A stretch of DNA of 64,000 nt from positions 2,154 to 66,153 of the forward strand of contig JAOLDG010000008.1 of the NCBI GenBank assembly GCA_028339975.1. Direction: 5' to 3'. The DNA comes from Hyphomicrobiales bacterium. Lineage in GTDB: Bacteria > Pseudomonadota > Alphaproteobacteria > MED-G09. The notes below the pieces were generated by a model. That model was not told where the DNA came from and searched no databases. It saw only the letters and a list, made by a program, of their open reading frames with translations. Of the stretch, positions 16,739 through 26,638 are shown one piece after another. Numbering within the stretch: position 1 is the first letter of the stretch; each line of letters begins with the position of its first letter. The position numbers and the translations under genes were made by a program.

Positions 16739-17479
16739 ATGAGTTGTATCAAAGGAAAAGTAATTTTAATTACAGGTGCTAGTTCAGGATTTGGCATGGT
16801 AACTGCCAAAAAATGTGTTGAACACGGCGCAAAAGTTGTTCTGGCTGCAAGACGTGAAAATAGACTAAAGGATTTATGCGAATCTTTGGGTAGTGATAAT
16901 GCAATTTTTATGGCCACAGACGTAACCAGGAAAGAAGATTTAAATAATATAGTAAAATACGGAATTGATACCTTTAATCAAATTGACTCCTTGGTTAATA
17001 ATGCAGGAATTATGCCCTTGTCTTTTATTGAGCAAGGTAGAACTGATGAATGGGATCAGATGATTGATGTTAATATAAAAGGTGTTTTATATGCCATTGA
17101 TGCGGTTTATTCCCACATGATGGAAAGAGGTAGTGGTCAAATTATCAATATTTCGTCAGTGGCGGGTAAAAGACTTATTCCTGGAAGTGCAGTTTACTCT
17201 GGAACAAAATTTGCTGTAGCGGCTATCTCAGAAGGCCTAAGAATAGAAAGTGAGGGAAAGCTGCAGGTAACTTGTATTTTTCCAGGTGCTTTTGAAACCG
17301 AACTTGGAGCGTCAATTAAAGATGAAAAAATGCTAGAATATCTTACCAGTGAGGCTAAGTACGCTAATCTTGCCCAGCCTGCCGAGATAGTTGCAGATGC
17401 AATAATTTATTCCCTAGAACAAAAACCTGGTGTTGCTGCAAATGAGATAGTTTTAAGACCAACAGCCCAAGATTTTTAA
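16739..17479 (+). CDS. SDR family oxidoreductase
   Basis: TGASSGFG, NNAG, YSGTK motifs. Confidence 0.93.
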   Translation: MSCIKGKVILITGASSGFGMVTAKKCVEHGAKVVLAARRENRLKDLCESLGSDNAIFMATDVTRKEDLNNIVKYGIDTFNQIDSLVNNAGIMPLSFIEQGRTDEWDQMIDVNIKGVLYAIDAVYSHMMERGSGQIINISSVAGKRLIPGSAVYSGTKFAVAAISEGLRIESEGKLQVTCIFPGAFETELGASIKDEKMLEYLTSEAKYANLAQPAEIVADAIIYSLEQKPGVAANEIVLRPTAQDF

Positions 17480-17505
17480 TCTTATAAAATCAAAAGGATA
17501 ATATA

Positions 17506-17952
17506 ATGACTAAATTAAATATAGTATATGCATCAGAAATGGGAACAGCAATGGATGTAGCTGATAAGACTGAAGCAATAGCTAAAGATAAAGGTGTTGA
17601 TGTTGTTCAGTTTGGGATGGATAGCGTATCAATGGATGAATTAAAAACCATGAGTAAATTAATGATTATAACAAGCACAACAGGTGATGGCGACCTTCCA
17701 ATGATGGGTGAAAATTTTTGGAATGAATTATCGGAATCTGACTTAGACTTAAGCTCTATTGAATATAGCGTCTGCGCCCTCGGGGATAGCTCTCATCATG
17801 AATTTTGTGGTGCTGGCAAAAAAGTTGATGGAAGATTACTAGAGCTTGGTGCAAAAAAAATTCTAGATATGCATGAATGCGATGGTGATACTGAAGGATC
17901 TGAAGAATGGGCGACGCTAGCAATGGATAAGCTAGGGGTTCTGCCTAATTAA
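17506..17952 (+). CDS. flavodoxin (short chain)
   Basis: YASEMGTA, TSTTGDGDLP, ALGDSS...FCGAG motifs. Confidence 0.9.
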   Translation: MTKLNIVYASEMGTAMDVADKTEAIAKDKGVDVVQFGMDSVSMDELKTMSKLMIITSTTGDGDLPMMGENFWNELSESDLDLSSIEYSVCALGDSSHHEFCGAGKKVDGRLLELGAKKILDMHECDGDTEGSEEWATLAMDKLGVLPN

Positions 17953-18097
17953 GTATGTTGATTAACTGGGAGTAAGAAAACATGTTTTTTGCTAAATTAT
18001 TTTTGGGAACAATTTCCTGGCTTATTATTACTTATTTTCTTTGGGATTGGGTTGTCACTTGAGAATGGAAATATAATTTATTATTTGGAGAAAGAAG

Positions 18098-18553
18098 ATG
18101 AAAACTAAGATACCCCCGCCTTTAGTTGCTTTAATTGTAATGCTTCTAACATTCCTGTCTAGAGATTATCTGGATATATTCTATCTCCATCCACATCTTC
18201 AACGAACTTTGTTTCTTTTATTTTTAGTAATTGGAGTTTCAGTGATTTTCTTGGCAACAAGACAATTTAAAATTTCAAAAACCACTGTTAATCCTTTGAA
18301 GCCTGAAACTGCCTCTAGCTTAGTTACCTCAGGTATTTTTCGTCGAACACGTAACCCTATGTACTTGGGTCTTACCTCACTATTAATATCGTTTAGTATT
18401 TATTTTTCATCAGTATTTGGAATTATTATTTACCTTCCTTTGTTCATTTCTTATATTACTATTTTTCAAATTATTCCTGAAGAAGATGCAATGAATAAAT
18501 TATTTAGCAACGACTATAAAAGCTATTGCTTAAAAGTGAGAAGATGGATTTAA
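18098..18553 (+). CDS. isoprenylcysteine carboxylmethyltransferase family membrane protein
   Basis: TTVNP..P...LVTSGIF..TRNPMYLG, PEE, VRRWI motifs. Confidence 0.88.
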   Translation: MKTKIPPPLVALIVMLLTFLSRDYLDIFYLHPHLQRTLFLLFLVIGVSVIFLATRQFKISKTTVNPLKPETASSLVTSGIFRRTRNPMYLGLTSLLISFSIYFSSVFGIIIYLPLFISYITIFQIIPEEDAMNKLFSNDYKSYCLKVRRWI

Positions 18554-18566
18554 ATAATTGAATATA

Positions 18567-18713
18567 ATGACTAATTTAAAAAAAGAAACTAAATCTCTAA
18601 AAGAAAGAAATGGTCATATTGTTTGTTATAATTGCAATTTTTCTAATCCTATAAAGGATTTATCTAAGAATCTGTGCTTAAAGTGCAGTCTATCACTTCC
18701 ATTTATATATTAA
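18567..18713 (+). CDS. small zinc-ribbon protein (48 aa, absent from ORF track)
   Basis: MTNLKKETKSLKERNGHIVCYNCNFSNPIKDLSKNLCLKCSLSLPFIY; two CxxC pairs. Confidence 0.45.
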   Translation: MTNLKKETKSLKERNGHIVCYNCNFSNPIKDLSKNLCLKCSLSLPFIY

Positions 18714-18891
18714 TTTTTCTATTTTTTAATTCATTCATAATGTCTTCTCTCTCTTTATCCGATAATATTGTCCAATTACGAATTTCGTATGGCGTTCTTT
18801 TGCAGCCAGTACAAGATGTTATATCGTTTATTTTTTCGAGCATGCATATACCAACACATGGCGAAGCAATATAATTTGATGAATTATTCAT
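18703..18891 (-). CDS. DUF1289 family protein
   Basis: SPCVGIC...CTGCKRT..EI..W motif. Confidence 0.88.
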   Translation of the reverse strand: MNNSSNYIASPCVGICMLEKINDITSCTGCKRTPYEIRNWTILSDKEREDIMNELKNRKINI

Positions 18892-18921
18892 TAAAAGCTT
18901 ACCTTAAAATAATGTTTATAA

Positions 18922-19242
18922 TTATAGTGCATCAAAATGTCTAATAATTGGTTCACCATCAAAGCAGTCCTTGAATAGTTTCTTAGCATTTTTTACATGA
19001 AGACTTTTTGAGTGTTTCTTAATACTTTCAATATTTTTGTAATTTTCCATAATTATATAGTTAAGTGAATTTTGTTTATCCCTTGAGACTTGATAAAATA
19101 TATTACCTTCTTCATTTTCTCTTATTTCATTTGAGAGATTTATGAATATTTCTTCAAATTGCTTTTGTTTACTCTCTTTCACTTTAATTTTAACCAAAAC
19201 ACATATCATTATATCTTCCATTGTTTTAATTTTTACTTGCAA
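18922..19242 (-). CDS. antibiotic biosynthesis monooxygenase (ABM) family protein
   Basis: EEGNIFY...E.Y......H..S.H pattern; true start may be downstream. Confidence 0.8.
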   Translation of the reverse strand: MQVKIKTMEDIMICVLVKIKVKESKQKQFEEIFINLSNEIRENEEGNIFYQVSRDKQNSLNYIIMENYKNIESIKKHSKSLHVKNAKKLFKDCFDGEPIIRHFDAL

Positions 19243-19416
19243 TCACAACTAAATTCTTTGATTAAATAACAATGTTTAGAATTATTTGTCTATTTATCTT
19301 TCCAGTAATTACAGTATTAGCTCTACTTGTGTATCTAAAATTTTATATATAAAAAATAAAGCTATCTATTATTGAATTAACAATATAAAAACCGTTCAAA
19401 ATACAATGGATACTTA

Positions 19417-21231
19417 ATGAATCAAGAAATTAGAAATATTGCAATTATTGCTCATGTTGATCATGGAAAGACTACCCTTATAGATTCAATTATGAAGCAA
19501 AGTGGATTGTTTAGAGATAATCAACTTGTTGATGAAAGAGTTATGGATTCTGGTGATCTTGAAAAAGAACGTGGAATTACAATTCTTGCTAAACCAACCT
19601 CAATACCATGGGGTGATATTCGAATTAATATTATTGATACTCCAGGTCATGCAGATTTTGGCGGTGAGGTTGAAAGGGTGTTGGGAATGGCAGATGGCGT
19701 CATTTTACTTGTCGATTCCGCTGAAGGTCCAATGCCACAAACTAAGTTTGTTCTTGGAAAAGCTCTAAAGCAAGGATTAAGACCCATTGTTATTATCAAT
19801 AAAATAGATAGGCCTGATAGGCGACCTGATGAGGTGGTAAATGAAATTTTTGACCTTTTTGTTGCTTTAGATGCAGATGATGAGCAACTGGATTTTCCAA
19901 TATTATATGCATCTGGTAGGGCTGGTTGGTGTGTAAAAGATCTAGAAGAAAGTTCTGATAATTTAGACGATCTTATGGATTTAATTATTAAACATGTTCC
20001 TATCCCTGTTGTTGATGAGGTTAATGAATTTGCTATGCTTGCCACATTACTTGATTACGATTCATATCTTGGAAGATGTTTAACAGGTAAAGTTATCTCA
20101 GGTAGCGCAAAAATTAATGATCAAGTTAAGTCTATCAATTTAAATTCTGAGTTAGTAGAAAATGGTCGATTAACAAAATTATTCAAATTTGAAGGGACAA
20201 GTAAGGTCCCTGTTGACGAAGTTTTCTGTGGTGACATTATTTGTATTGCTGGTTTAACAAAAACCTCCGTGTCAGATACAATTTGCTATCCATCTATAAC
20301 CACACCATTAAAATCAACTCCTATTGATCCCCCTACAATGTCTATTACAATAACCGTCAACGATTCACCTTTTGCTGGGAGAGAGGGCAAAAAAGTAACA
20401 TCAACTGTTATTCGTGAGAGATTAATTGCTGAGTCAGAAACTAATGTTGCCATAACCTTCGCGGAAGGTCAGGGAAAGGATTCATTTGAAATAGGCGGAA
20501 GAGGGGAACTTCAGCTTGGCGTTTTAATTGAGACTATGCGCCGTGAAGGTTTTGAAATGACAGTATCAAGACCAAAGGTGTTATATAAAAAAGATGAATT
20601 AGGTAAAAAATTAGAGCCAATTGAGGAAGTTATTATTGATGTTGATGATGAATTTTCAAGTTCTGTTTTAGATAGTATGAACAGACGTAAGGGTGAAATG
20701 ATTGATATGAGGTCTTCAGGATCTGGTAAAACTAGAATAATTTTTTATGCACCTTCAAGGGCTTTAATTGGATATCAGAATCGATTCTTAACCCAAACAA
20801 AGGGAACTGGAGTAATTAACAGGATTTTTCATGAATATGGTCTCTATAAGGGTGATATTGAAAGTAGAAGGAATGGTGTTTTAGTTTCAACTGAGACAGG
20901 ACCAGCTGTTGCTTATGCATTATTTCATCTTCAGGATAGAGGGATAATGTTTTTAGGTCCCCAGACAGAGGTCTACGGTGGAATGATAGTTGGTGAACAT
21001 AATAGAGAAAATGATCTTGGTATTAATGTTTTAAAAGGAAAAAAACATTCAAATGTTAGATCTTCTGGAGCAGATGAAGCAGTTGTTCTTGTACCCCATC
21101 AACAAATGTCCTTAGAGGAAATGATGGCGTATATTGATAGCGATGAACTCTTAGAGGTAACACCAACTAAGTTACGTTTAAGAAAAAAATATCTCGATCC
21201 AAATGAAAGAAAAAAGATGGGTAAGCTATAA
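19417..21231 (+). CDS. typA: translational GTPase TypA/BipA
   Basis: IAHVDHGKTT, ERGITI, DTPGHADFGGEVER, NKID, GRGELQL motifs. Confidence 0.97.
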   Translation: MNQEIRNIAIIAHVDHGKTTLIDSIMKQSGLFRDNQLVDERVMDSGDLEKERGITILAKPTSIPWGDIRINIIDTPGHADFGGEVERVLGMADGVILLVDSAEGPMPQTKFVLGKALKQGLRPIVIINKIDRPDRRPDEVVNEIFDLFVALDADDEQLDFPILYASGRAGWCVKDLEESSDNLDDLMDLIIKHVPIPVVDEVNEFAMLATLLDYDSYLGRCLTGKVISGSAKINDQVKSINLNSELVENGRLTKLFKFEGTSKVPVDEVFCGDIICIAGLTKTSVSDTICYPSITTPLKSTPIDPPTMSITITVNDSPFAGREGKKVTSTVIRERLIAESETNVAITFAEGQGKDSFEIGGRGELQLGVLIETMRREGFEMTVSRPKVLYKKDELGKKLEPIEEVIIDVDDEFSSSVLDSMNRRKGEMIDMRSSGSGKTRIIFYAPSRALIGYQNRFLTQTKGTGVINRIFHEYGLYKGDIESRRNGVLVSTETGPAVAYALFHLQDRGIMFLGPQTEVYGGMIVGEHNRENDLGINVLKGKKHSNVRSSGADEAVVLVPHQQMSLEEMMAYIDSDELLEVTPTKLRLRKKYLDPNERKKMGKL

Positions 21232-21249
21232 TTTTTACTGAGGTTAAAA

Positions 21250-21402
21250 ATTCCTAAACAAATCCTAAAAAAAAATTTAGATACAAAAATTTGTCTTGTC
21301 TGTAAAAAAAGTTTTTCGTGGAGAAAAAAATGGAAATTTTCTTGGAAAAATGTTTTGTATTGTTCTGAAAGATGCAGAAGAAGTAAGAAGGGTAATGTTT
21401 AG
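21250..21402 (+). CDS. DUF2256 family protein (non-ATG start, probably ATT)
   Basis: KICLVCKKSFSWRKKW..SW.NV.YCSERCRR signature; no in-frame ATG/GTG/TTG before the motif; GAGGT 5 nt upstream of ATT 21250. Confidence 0.7.
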   Translation: MPKQILKKNLDTKICLVCKKSFSWRKKWKFSWKNVLYCSERCRRSKKGNV

Positions 21403-21829
21403 AAGAAATTTATCAAATTTATTAATATTATTTGGGAGCACACCTTTTGTTTTTTTCTCAATACTAAGTCTTTTTTCTTTAAATAATTTTTTAAATTACA
21501 ACATTATTTACCTTGCATCTCTTTACATCCTAACAATTGTTAGTTTTATATGCGGTACTTATTGGGGAATTTTTTTAAATAGCAAAAAAATTACAATTAA
21601 TTTATTAATTATAAGTAATTTATTAACTCTTTTAGTTTATTTTGGATTTTTAATTTTAAGTAGCTTTGCTTTTATTCTGTTATCAATACTTATATTTATA
21701 GTTCTTTTATTTGTTGATTTTTTTATTTTCAAAAATGATATGATTTTATTGAATTACCTAAAGGTTAGGGTTTATGTTTCTTTAATAGTATTGATTTCAT
21801 TATTTATTATTTTGTTTAATTCTTTTTAA
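21395..21829 (+). CDS. DUF3429-like membrane protein
   Basis: G.TPF, Y...IVSFICGTYWG, D, YL.VR motifs; start reassigned to ATG 21395. Confidence 0.75.
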   Translation: MFRRNLSNLLILFGSTPFVFFSILSLFSLNNFLNYNIIYLASLYILTIVSFICGTYWGIFLNSKKITINLLIISNLLTLLVYFGFLILSSFAFILLSILIFIVLLFVDFFIFKNDMILLNYLKVRVYVSLIVLISLFIILFNSF

Positions 21830-22222
21830 AATACCGCTAAATGTTGAAATAGTTTCTTTTTTATTAAAAACCTCACCTTTTATGAAGAGCATTGAACCTG
21901 TTTCATTTGTAATTTCTCCTTTTCCATAAATGATATCATCATTAATTGAGGGTCTTAAAAACTCTGTAGAGCAGGATATAGTTACAAAAGATTCCTCCTT
22001 AACTTGCTTTAGTGAAACAACAAATAAAGTATAATCAATAAAGGACATTATCATTCCTCCATGGAGAGAACCCATTCCATTTAAGTGCTTTTTTTCGCAT
22101 CTAAAAGCTGCAATATTATTGTTATCATTTTCTAGATAATAAAAAGGACCTACATAATCTTCAAAGGGCTCTTCATTATGCCAACCCTTTTTAAAATTTT
22201 TTATATCAATTTCATTTTTCAT
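21800..22222 (-). CDS. PaaI family thioesterase
   Basis: HLNGMGSLHGG.IMSFID hotdog motif. Confidence 0.9.
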   Translation of the reverse strand: MKNEIDIKNFKKGWHNEEPFEDYVGPFYYLENDNNNIAAFRCEKKHLNGMGSLHGGMIMSFIDYTLFVVSLKQVKEESFVTISCSTEFLRPSINDDIIYGKGEITNETGSMLFIKGEVFNKKETISTFSGILKRIKQNNK

Positions 22223-22324
22223 ATTGCTTATCTTCTTTTAAGTTTTAATTTTTTAAATAATATTAAATCATAGCAGAAATCGATATTCTTTGAAATAATT
22301 AGAAATATATCTTAAAATACTAAA

Positions 22325-22516
22325 ATGAATAAAATTAAAGAAAACTGGAAAAAAATTGTAATGAATCCAAGAATATTTAATACCTCTTTTGGCTCTATTT
22401 CGTATTTACCACCGGTACAAAACACTGATAATAATTTTATTCATCCACCGCTAAGCATTTCTAAAACCGGTTTAGCTCAATTTAATCAATTTTGTGAGGG
22501 GAAGAAAGATGAGTAA
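22325..22516 (+). CDS. hypothetical protein
   Basis: 63-aa ORF overlapping the next gene start. Confidence 0.4.
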   Translation: MNKIKENWKKIVMNPRIFNTSFGSISYLPPVQNTDNNFIHPPLSISKTGLAQFNQFCEGKKDE

Positions 22517-23018
22517 TAATGAAGACTTAACTAGTAGTGAGATAAAAGCTTTAAGGGATTTACTTGATGTTGAGCAGATAAAAGAATTAAGGCTGCGATA
22601 TTCATACCATATGGACGCAAGAGATCTTGATAGCTTAATGCATGTTTTTGCAGAAGGAGCTGTTTGTGGTTATGGTCCGTATGGTGATTGGGTTGGTAAG
22701 GATGTTATTTATAACAACTACAAAGAAACATTTAAAGATACCCTTGATACTCCTTTTGTTAGTATGCATGTTAACACAAATCATCTAGTAAAAATCACTG
22801 GTCCAAATGAAGCCAAAGGAAGGGTCTACCTTCTAGACGGTATGACAAAAAATATGGATGGATCAGACATAAAGGAAGGCCAAAGTAATTTTTTATGGCT
22901 TGCTCTTTATGATGAAAATTATGTTAAGATTGATGGAAGCTGGAAAATAAAAAATATGAATTTAGAGTTTTTCTGGCCTGAAAGGCACATTTCAGATGGA
23001 TTTTCAGTAGATTTTTAA
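22509..23018 (+). CDS. SnoaL-like (NTF2) protein
   Basis: LLDVEQIKELR.RY...D, H..TN, YDENYVKIDGSWKI motifs. Confidence 0.85.
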   Translation: MSNNEDLTSSEIKALRDLLDVEQIKELRLRYSYHMDARDLDSLMHVFAEGAVCGYGPYGDWVGKDVIYNNYKETFKDTLDTPFVSMHVNTNHLVKITGPNEAKGRVYLLDGMTKNMDGSDIKEGQSNFLWLALYDENYVKIDGSWKIKNMNLEFFWPERHISDGFSVDF

Positions 23019-23027
23019 AGGATTTTA

Positions 23028-23573
23028 ATGACTAGATTTATATTTATATTAACTTTATTTCTTTTTTTACAAACGGCTAATGCCAATGCAGCAATTTCAA
23101 TCTTGGGAGATTCTGAGGCAGCTATTTGCTATAAGCATGCTAAATTAGGCTACTCATCGAGGTCATCAATAAATATTTGTTTAAATATCTTATCTGATAA
23201 GCCTTTACCGTTAAATATCAGGGATGCTACGAGGATAAATTTAGGTATCATATACAATAACGGCTTAAAACCTAATTTAGCTCTTGAGCAGTTTAATAAA
23301 GCTATTAAAAATGATTCTGTAAAAGCTGAAGCACTCTTAAATCAAGGAAACAGCCTTTACCTCCTTAAGAATTTTAGTGGTGCATTAGATAAATATGAGG
23401 AATCTCTAAAGAGTAATATTAATGATGTTTCTGCGGTTTATTATAACAAAGGCCTTGTTTTTGAAAAATTAGGTAATACGAAAGATGCAGTTTTATTTTA
23501 TAAGAAGGCTTTATCATTAAATCCCGATCTTATTTCCATTTTTGATAGAAGGTCTTCTTTAAATGAAGGATGA
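23028..23573 (+). CDS. exported tetratricopeptide repeat protein
   Basis: Signal peptide; TPR motifs (ALLNQGN, YYNKG, A..YKKALSLNP). Confidence 0.85.
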   Translation: MTRFIFILTLFLFLQTANANAAISILGDSEAAICYKHAKLGYSSRSSINICLNILSDKPLPLNIRDATRINLGIIYNNGLKPNLALEQFNKAIKNDSVKAEALLNQGNSLYLLKNFSGALDKYEESLKSNINDVSAVYYNKGLVFEKLGNTKDAVLFYKKALSLNPDLISIFDRRSSLNEG

Positions 23574-23679
23574 AGAACCTAAAAAACCTAGATTAGAAAG
23601 GCAAAAGCAGGGTACTTACGAAAGAATTGTAAAAAGTAAAAAAATCTATAATAGAAAAAAGGAAGAACTTAATGATTAG
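23563..23679 (+). CDS. small basic protein (38 aa, absent from ORF track)
   Basis: MKDEEPKKPRLERQKQGTYERIVKSKKIYNRKKEELND; overlaps the upstream stop and the next ATG. Confidence 0.4.
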   Translation: MKDEEPKKPRLERQKQGTYERIVKSKKIYNRKKEELND

Positions 23680-23791
23680 GATAATATTTGGATTTATTCT
23701 TGGTGTTTTGTTTGCCTCTTATTTAAGTGTAGATTTAAAGGATGCAATATTATATTACTTTAATTCCTTTATATATAGTATTGAAAACTAA
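23672..23791 (+). CDS. small membrane protein (39 aa, absent from ORF track)
   Basis: MIRIIFGFILGVLFASYLSVDLKDAILYYFNSFIYSIEN. Confidence 0.4.
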   Translation: MIRIIFGFILGVLFASYLSVDLKDAILYYFNSFIYSIEN

Positions 23792-23798
23792 AACTAAA

Positions 23799-24536
23799 TT
23801 AATAATCAAAACTAAATTTAACACCATAAAATGAATTTGATTTGTCTGTAAGAGGCGGAGGAGATGAATCGTGGGTGTTTTCATATGTTATTATAGATGA
23901 AAATCGTTCTGATATTTTTAGTCGTAAGCCAAGAACTAGATAAGATCTTAATTCTGAAAAATCCTCAATATCAGGTTGAATGTATAATGTAGATTCAAGC
24001 GAAGCGTTATCAGAAATGTTAAAAGAATTAGTCGCATATGAGTTAATTCGAATTGTTTTCCTTGCGTCAGATAAAATTCTTTCCTCATTTTCATTAAATA
24101 TACCTAGTCCAAGCTTTACTGATTTATAAGGACTAAGCCTAATACCAGCTCCTACCAGCTCTCTTCTTTTAATCTTTTGAAGAGGTTTTTCGCTTAATTG
24201 AATAAATCCCTCAACTGCAAGAAGTGGTGATATTTTTCTAACACCCCTTAAATGCATAAATGTGTTGTTTGAGGTAATTGAATTATCTTTCTCTTCTCTT
24301 TTGTAGGAAAATATAGCAAACCTTTGCCACTCATTTGAATTAATATCCACTCTACCCTCAAGGCTATAATTTGTTCTGTCAACTGTACCGCTAGAGCCAT
24401 TTAAACCAAGGTTGAGTTGAAGATGTGATCCAAGTAAGTTTTCCTTCCTAGATGACTCCATATTAACGATTTGCGACAAACCAAGATTAGGATATACGAA
24501 TACAGATAGAATGAAGATTATTTTTATTAAATTCAT
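23799..24536 (-). CDS. DUF481 family outer-membrane beta-barrel protein
   Basis: Signal peptide from MNLIK (start reassigned), QIVN.E, amphipathic strands, C-terminal aromatic residue. Confidence 0.75.
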   Translation of the reverse strand: MNLIKIIFILSVFVYPNLGLSQIVNMESSRKENLLGSHLQLNLGLNGSSGTVDRTNYSLEGRVDINSNEWQRFAIFSYKREEKDNSITSNNTFMHLRGVRKISPLLAVEGFIQLSEKPLQKIKRRELVGAGIRLSPYKSVKLGLGIFNENEERILSDARKTIRINSYATNSFNISDNASLESTLYIQPDIEDFSELRSYLVLGLRLKISERFSSIITYENTHDSSPPPLTDKSNSFYGVKFSFDY

Positions 24537-24537
24537 T

Positions 24538-25494
24538 TTAAACCTTTCCGTCCCTAATATGAATATCTCTCTGTGGATAAGGAATTTCAATACCATTATC
24601 TTTAAATTTGTTCCAAATGGAGAACAAAACATCACTTCTGGGTCCGTACCTTCCTTCAACTACATCGTTAACCCAGAATAAGAGGATAAAATTAACTGAG
24701 CTATCAGCAAACTCTTCTAGAAAACATAGAGCTTCTGGAGTTTTTGTTGTTCTTGGATGTTCTTTTGCAGCCTCTAATATTAGTGTTTGAGCTTTTTTGA
24801 TATCACAGTCATATGATACGCCAATACTAATCTTAATTCGGGCTTTTTTGTTACTGTGTGTGTAATTTATAACCCTATTTGTAATTAAGTCTTCATTTGG
24901 AACCATCACTTCTTTTCCGTCAAATGTTTCAATTAATGAAGCTCTTGAACCAGTATTTCTTAAAAAACCTAATGTTCCATCATTTAATTCTATCAAATCA
25001 TCGTTCTGCACAGTTTTTTCAAACAAAATAATAATACCGCTAATAAAATTCGATGTTATTTTTTGTAATCCAAAACCAATACCTATGCCAAGCGCACCAC
25101 TAAAAACAGCAAGAGCAGTTAAATCAATACCTAAAAAATTCATACCTATTTGAAAGGCAATAAAATAGATGAGTATCTGAAGTGCTTTGGTTATTAAGTT
25201 TCTATTGTTGGAATTGATTCCAGGGATCTTTTTAACAAATTTTGCGGCAATATCAGACAGCAAACCTGTAACCCATAATAATGTAGCAATTATCAATACG
25301 CCTTGGATAATTAAGTATGCAGAAAACTTAGATTCCCCAATACTAATAGACAAAGCATCTGCGGCTAGAAAATTTTTAATTGGCGATAAAAAAGGAAGAA
25401 ATTCAAGAGAAAAGAAAAACAAAACAAAGGCTAATAAGAGGAATTTTGCAAGACCCGATTCAGGTTTAAGTAATTTTTTCCAAAAGTTAGTCAT
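24538..25494 (-). CDS. small-conductance mechanosensitive channel family protein
   Basis: ALGIGIGFGLQKI.SNFISG, VPNE, GVSY, IEIPYPQRD motifs. Confidence 0.93.
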   Translation of the reverse strand: MTNFWKKLLKPESGLAKFLLLAFVLFFFSLEFLPFLSPIKNFLAADALSISIGESKFSAYLIIQGVLIIATLLWVTGLLSDIAAKFVKKIPGINSNNRNLITKALQILIYFIAFQIGMNFLGIDLTALAVFSGALGIGIGFGLQKITSNFISGIIILFEKTVQNDDLIELNDGTLGFLRNTGSRASLIETFDGKEVMVPNEDLITNRVINYTHSNKKARIKISIGVSYDCDIKKAQTLILEAAKEHPRTTKTPEALCFLEEFADSSVNFILLFWVNDVVEGRYGPRSDVLFSIWNKFKDNGIEIPYPQRDIHIRDGKV

Positions 25495-25597
25495 TAATAG
25501 TTATTATCAGATTCGTTTGATTTATGTTAATATTCAAAAGATGGTTAATTATTGTATTGTAGTTGATTTAAACTTTTACTGAAAATGGAGAATTGTA

Positions 25598-25975
25598 ATG
25601 AAAAGTATATTTATTATTACTTTTATTAATATTTTTGCTTCAAGCCTTTTAAATGCTGAAGTTGCAGAATCTTATAAGTGTAAACTTAAAGAGGGTGTTT
25701 CGAGAGATCAAATTATAAGTTTGGGTGAAAGCTATATAGCTGTTGGAAAAAAAGATAATATGGACTTTAAATTAAGTATTCTTTTTCCAATGTATTCTTC
25801 AGATATATCAAATGGAGTTTTTTATTGGAACGGAACATCTTCCTCTTTAGCTTCTTTAGAGGAAGCAGTTAAAATTTGGGAAAGCGAGAAAAATATCGAC
25901 GCAATCAATCGTTGGGTTGCGATAGTTGATAATTGCCAAAACGCTAGCTTGTTCTACTCATTCAAAGTTAACTAA
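25598..25975 (+). CDS. hypothetical exported protein
   Basis: Signal peptide, GGAG RBS, two Cys. Confidence 0.7.
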   Translation: MKSIFIITFINIFASSLLNAEVAESYKCKLKEGVSRDQIISLGESYIAVGKKDNMDFKLSILFPMYSSDISNGVFYWNGTSSSLASLEEAVKIWESEKNIDAINRWVAIVDNCQNASLFYSFKVN

Positions 25976-25979
25976 TACA

Positions 25980-26579
25980 CTATGGAAGTGTTTTTTCTAC
26001 TACTGACTGCCTATATTTAATAACGTAGCTTTTTATTTTCCATATTTCTTTTAGATCCTTTTCTACTGAAAAAATATATCTAGCTGTGCCAGTGATTTTA
26101 GTATTATTTAAGGTTTCCTCGGGTAGGTTTAGTCTAGAGGTATCAAGAGGAACATACATTACGTATGTCTCAACAATTGCTGAGTTACTTGTTTGTTCTT
26201 TTATATTAAGATTTGAAATAAAGTGAAGAGGGCCAACATTATTTTTTAGGGCACTGGACCTAAGTCCCAACATAAACTCTCTAAAACCATCACCTTGAAT
26301 AGTGACAGGATCACTGTCGTTTGTATAAACAGTACATTTAATGTCTTTAGAAAAAAGCTTTAGATATTCACTAAAGTTATTGTGATCATAATCATCCGCA
26401 TAAGAGTTAACCAAATTGATTATTGCCAGCCTATCCTTTACATTGAAGTTGGTTTGTCCAGGATGTTTAAAGTCTTCTGATATGGCTATAGCCGGAACCA
26501 AGCTTAAAATTAAAAAAACCAAACAAAGTTTAGCAACTGAGGTTAGAAAGTGAAATTTTTTTGTATTAATTTTCATCAT
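25980..26579 (-). CDS. exported SnoaL-like (NTF2) protein
   Basis: DRLAIINLVNSYA..YD, HFISN, WKI motifs. Confidence 0.75.
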   Translation of the reverse strand: MMKINTKKFHFLTSVAKLCLVFLILSLVPAIAISEDFKHPGQTNFNVKDRLAIINLVNSYADDYDHNNFSEYLKLFSKDIKCTVYTNDSDPVTIQGDGFREFMLGLRSSALKNNVGPLHFISNLNIKEQTSNSAIVETYVMYVPLDTSRLNLPEETLNNTKITGTARYIFSVEKDLKEIWKIKSYVIKYRQSVVEKTLP

Positions 26580-26638
26580 ATTTGATTACCTTATTTGAGA
26601 TTTTACGATCTATCAAAATTTTATTAAAGGAAAGTAGC

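Noticed and set aside
21296..21394. N-terminal extension of the 177-aa membrane ORF
   Set aside because: Region is occupied by the DUF2256 frame; ATG 21395 fits better
24537..24659. N-terminal extension of the DUF481 ORF
   Set aside because: Overlaps the MscS-family gene; the signal peptide begins at MNLIK (24536)
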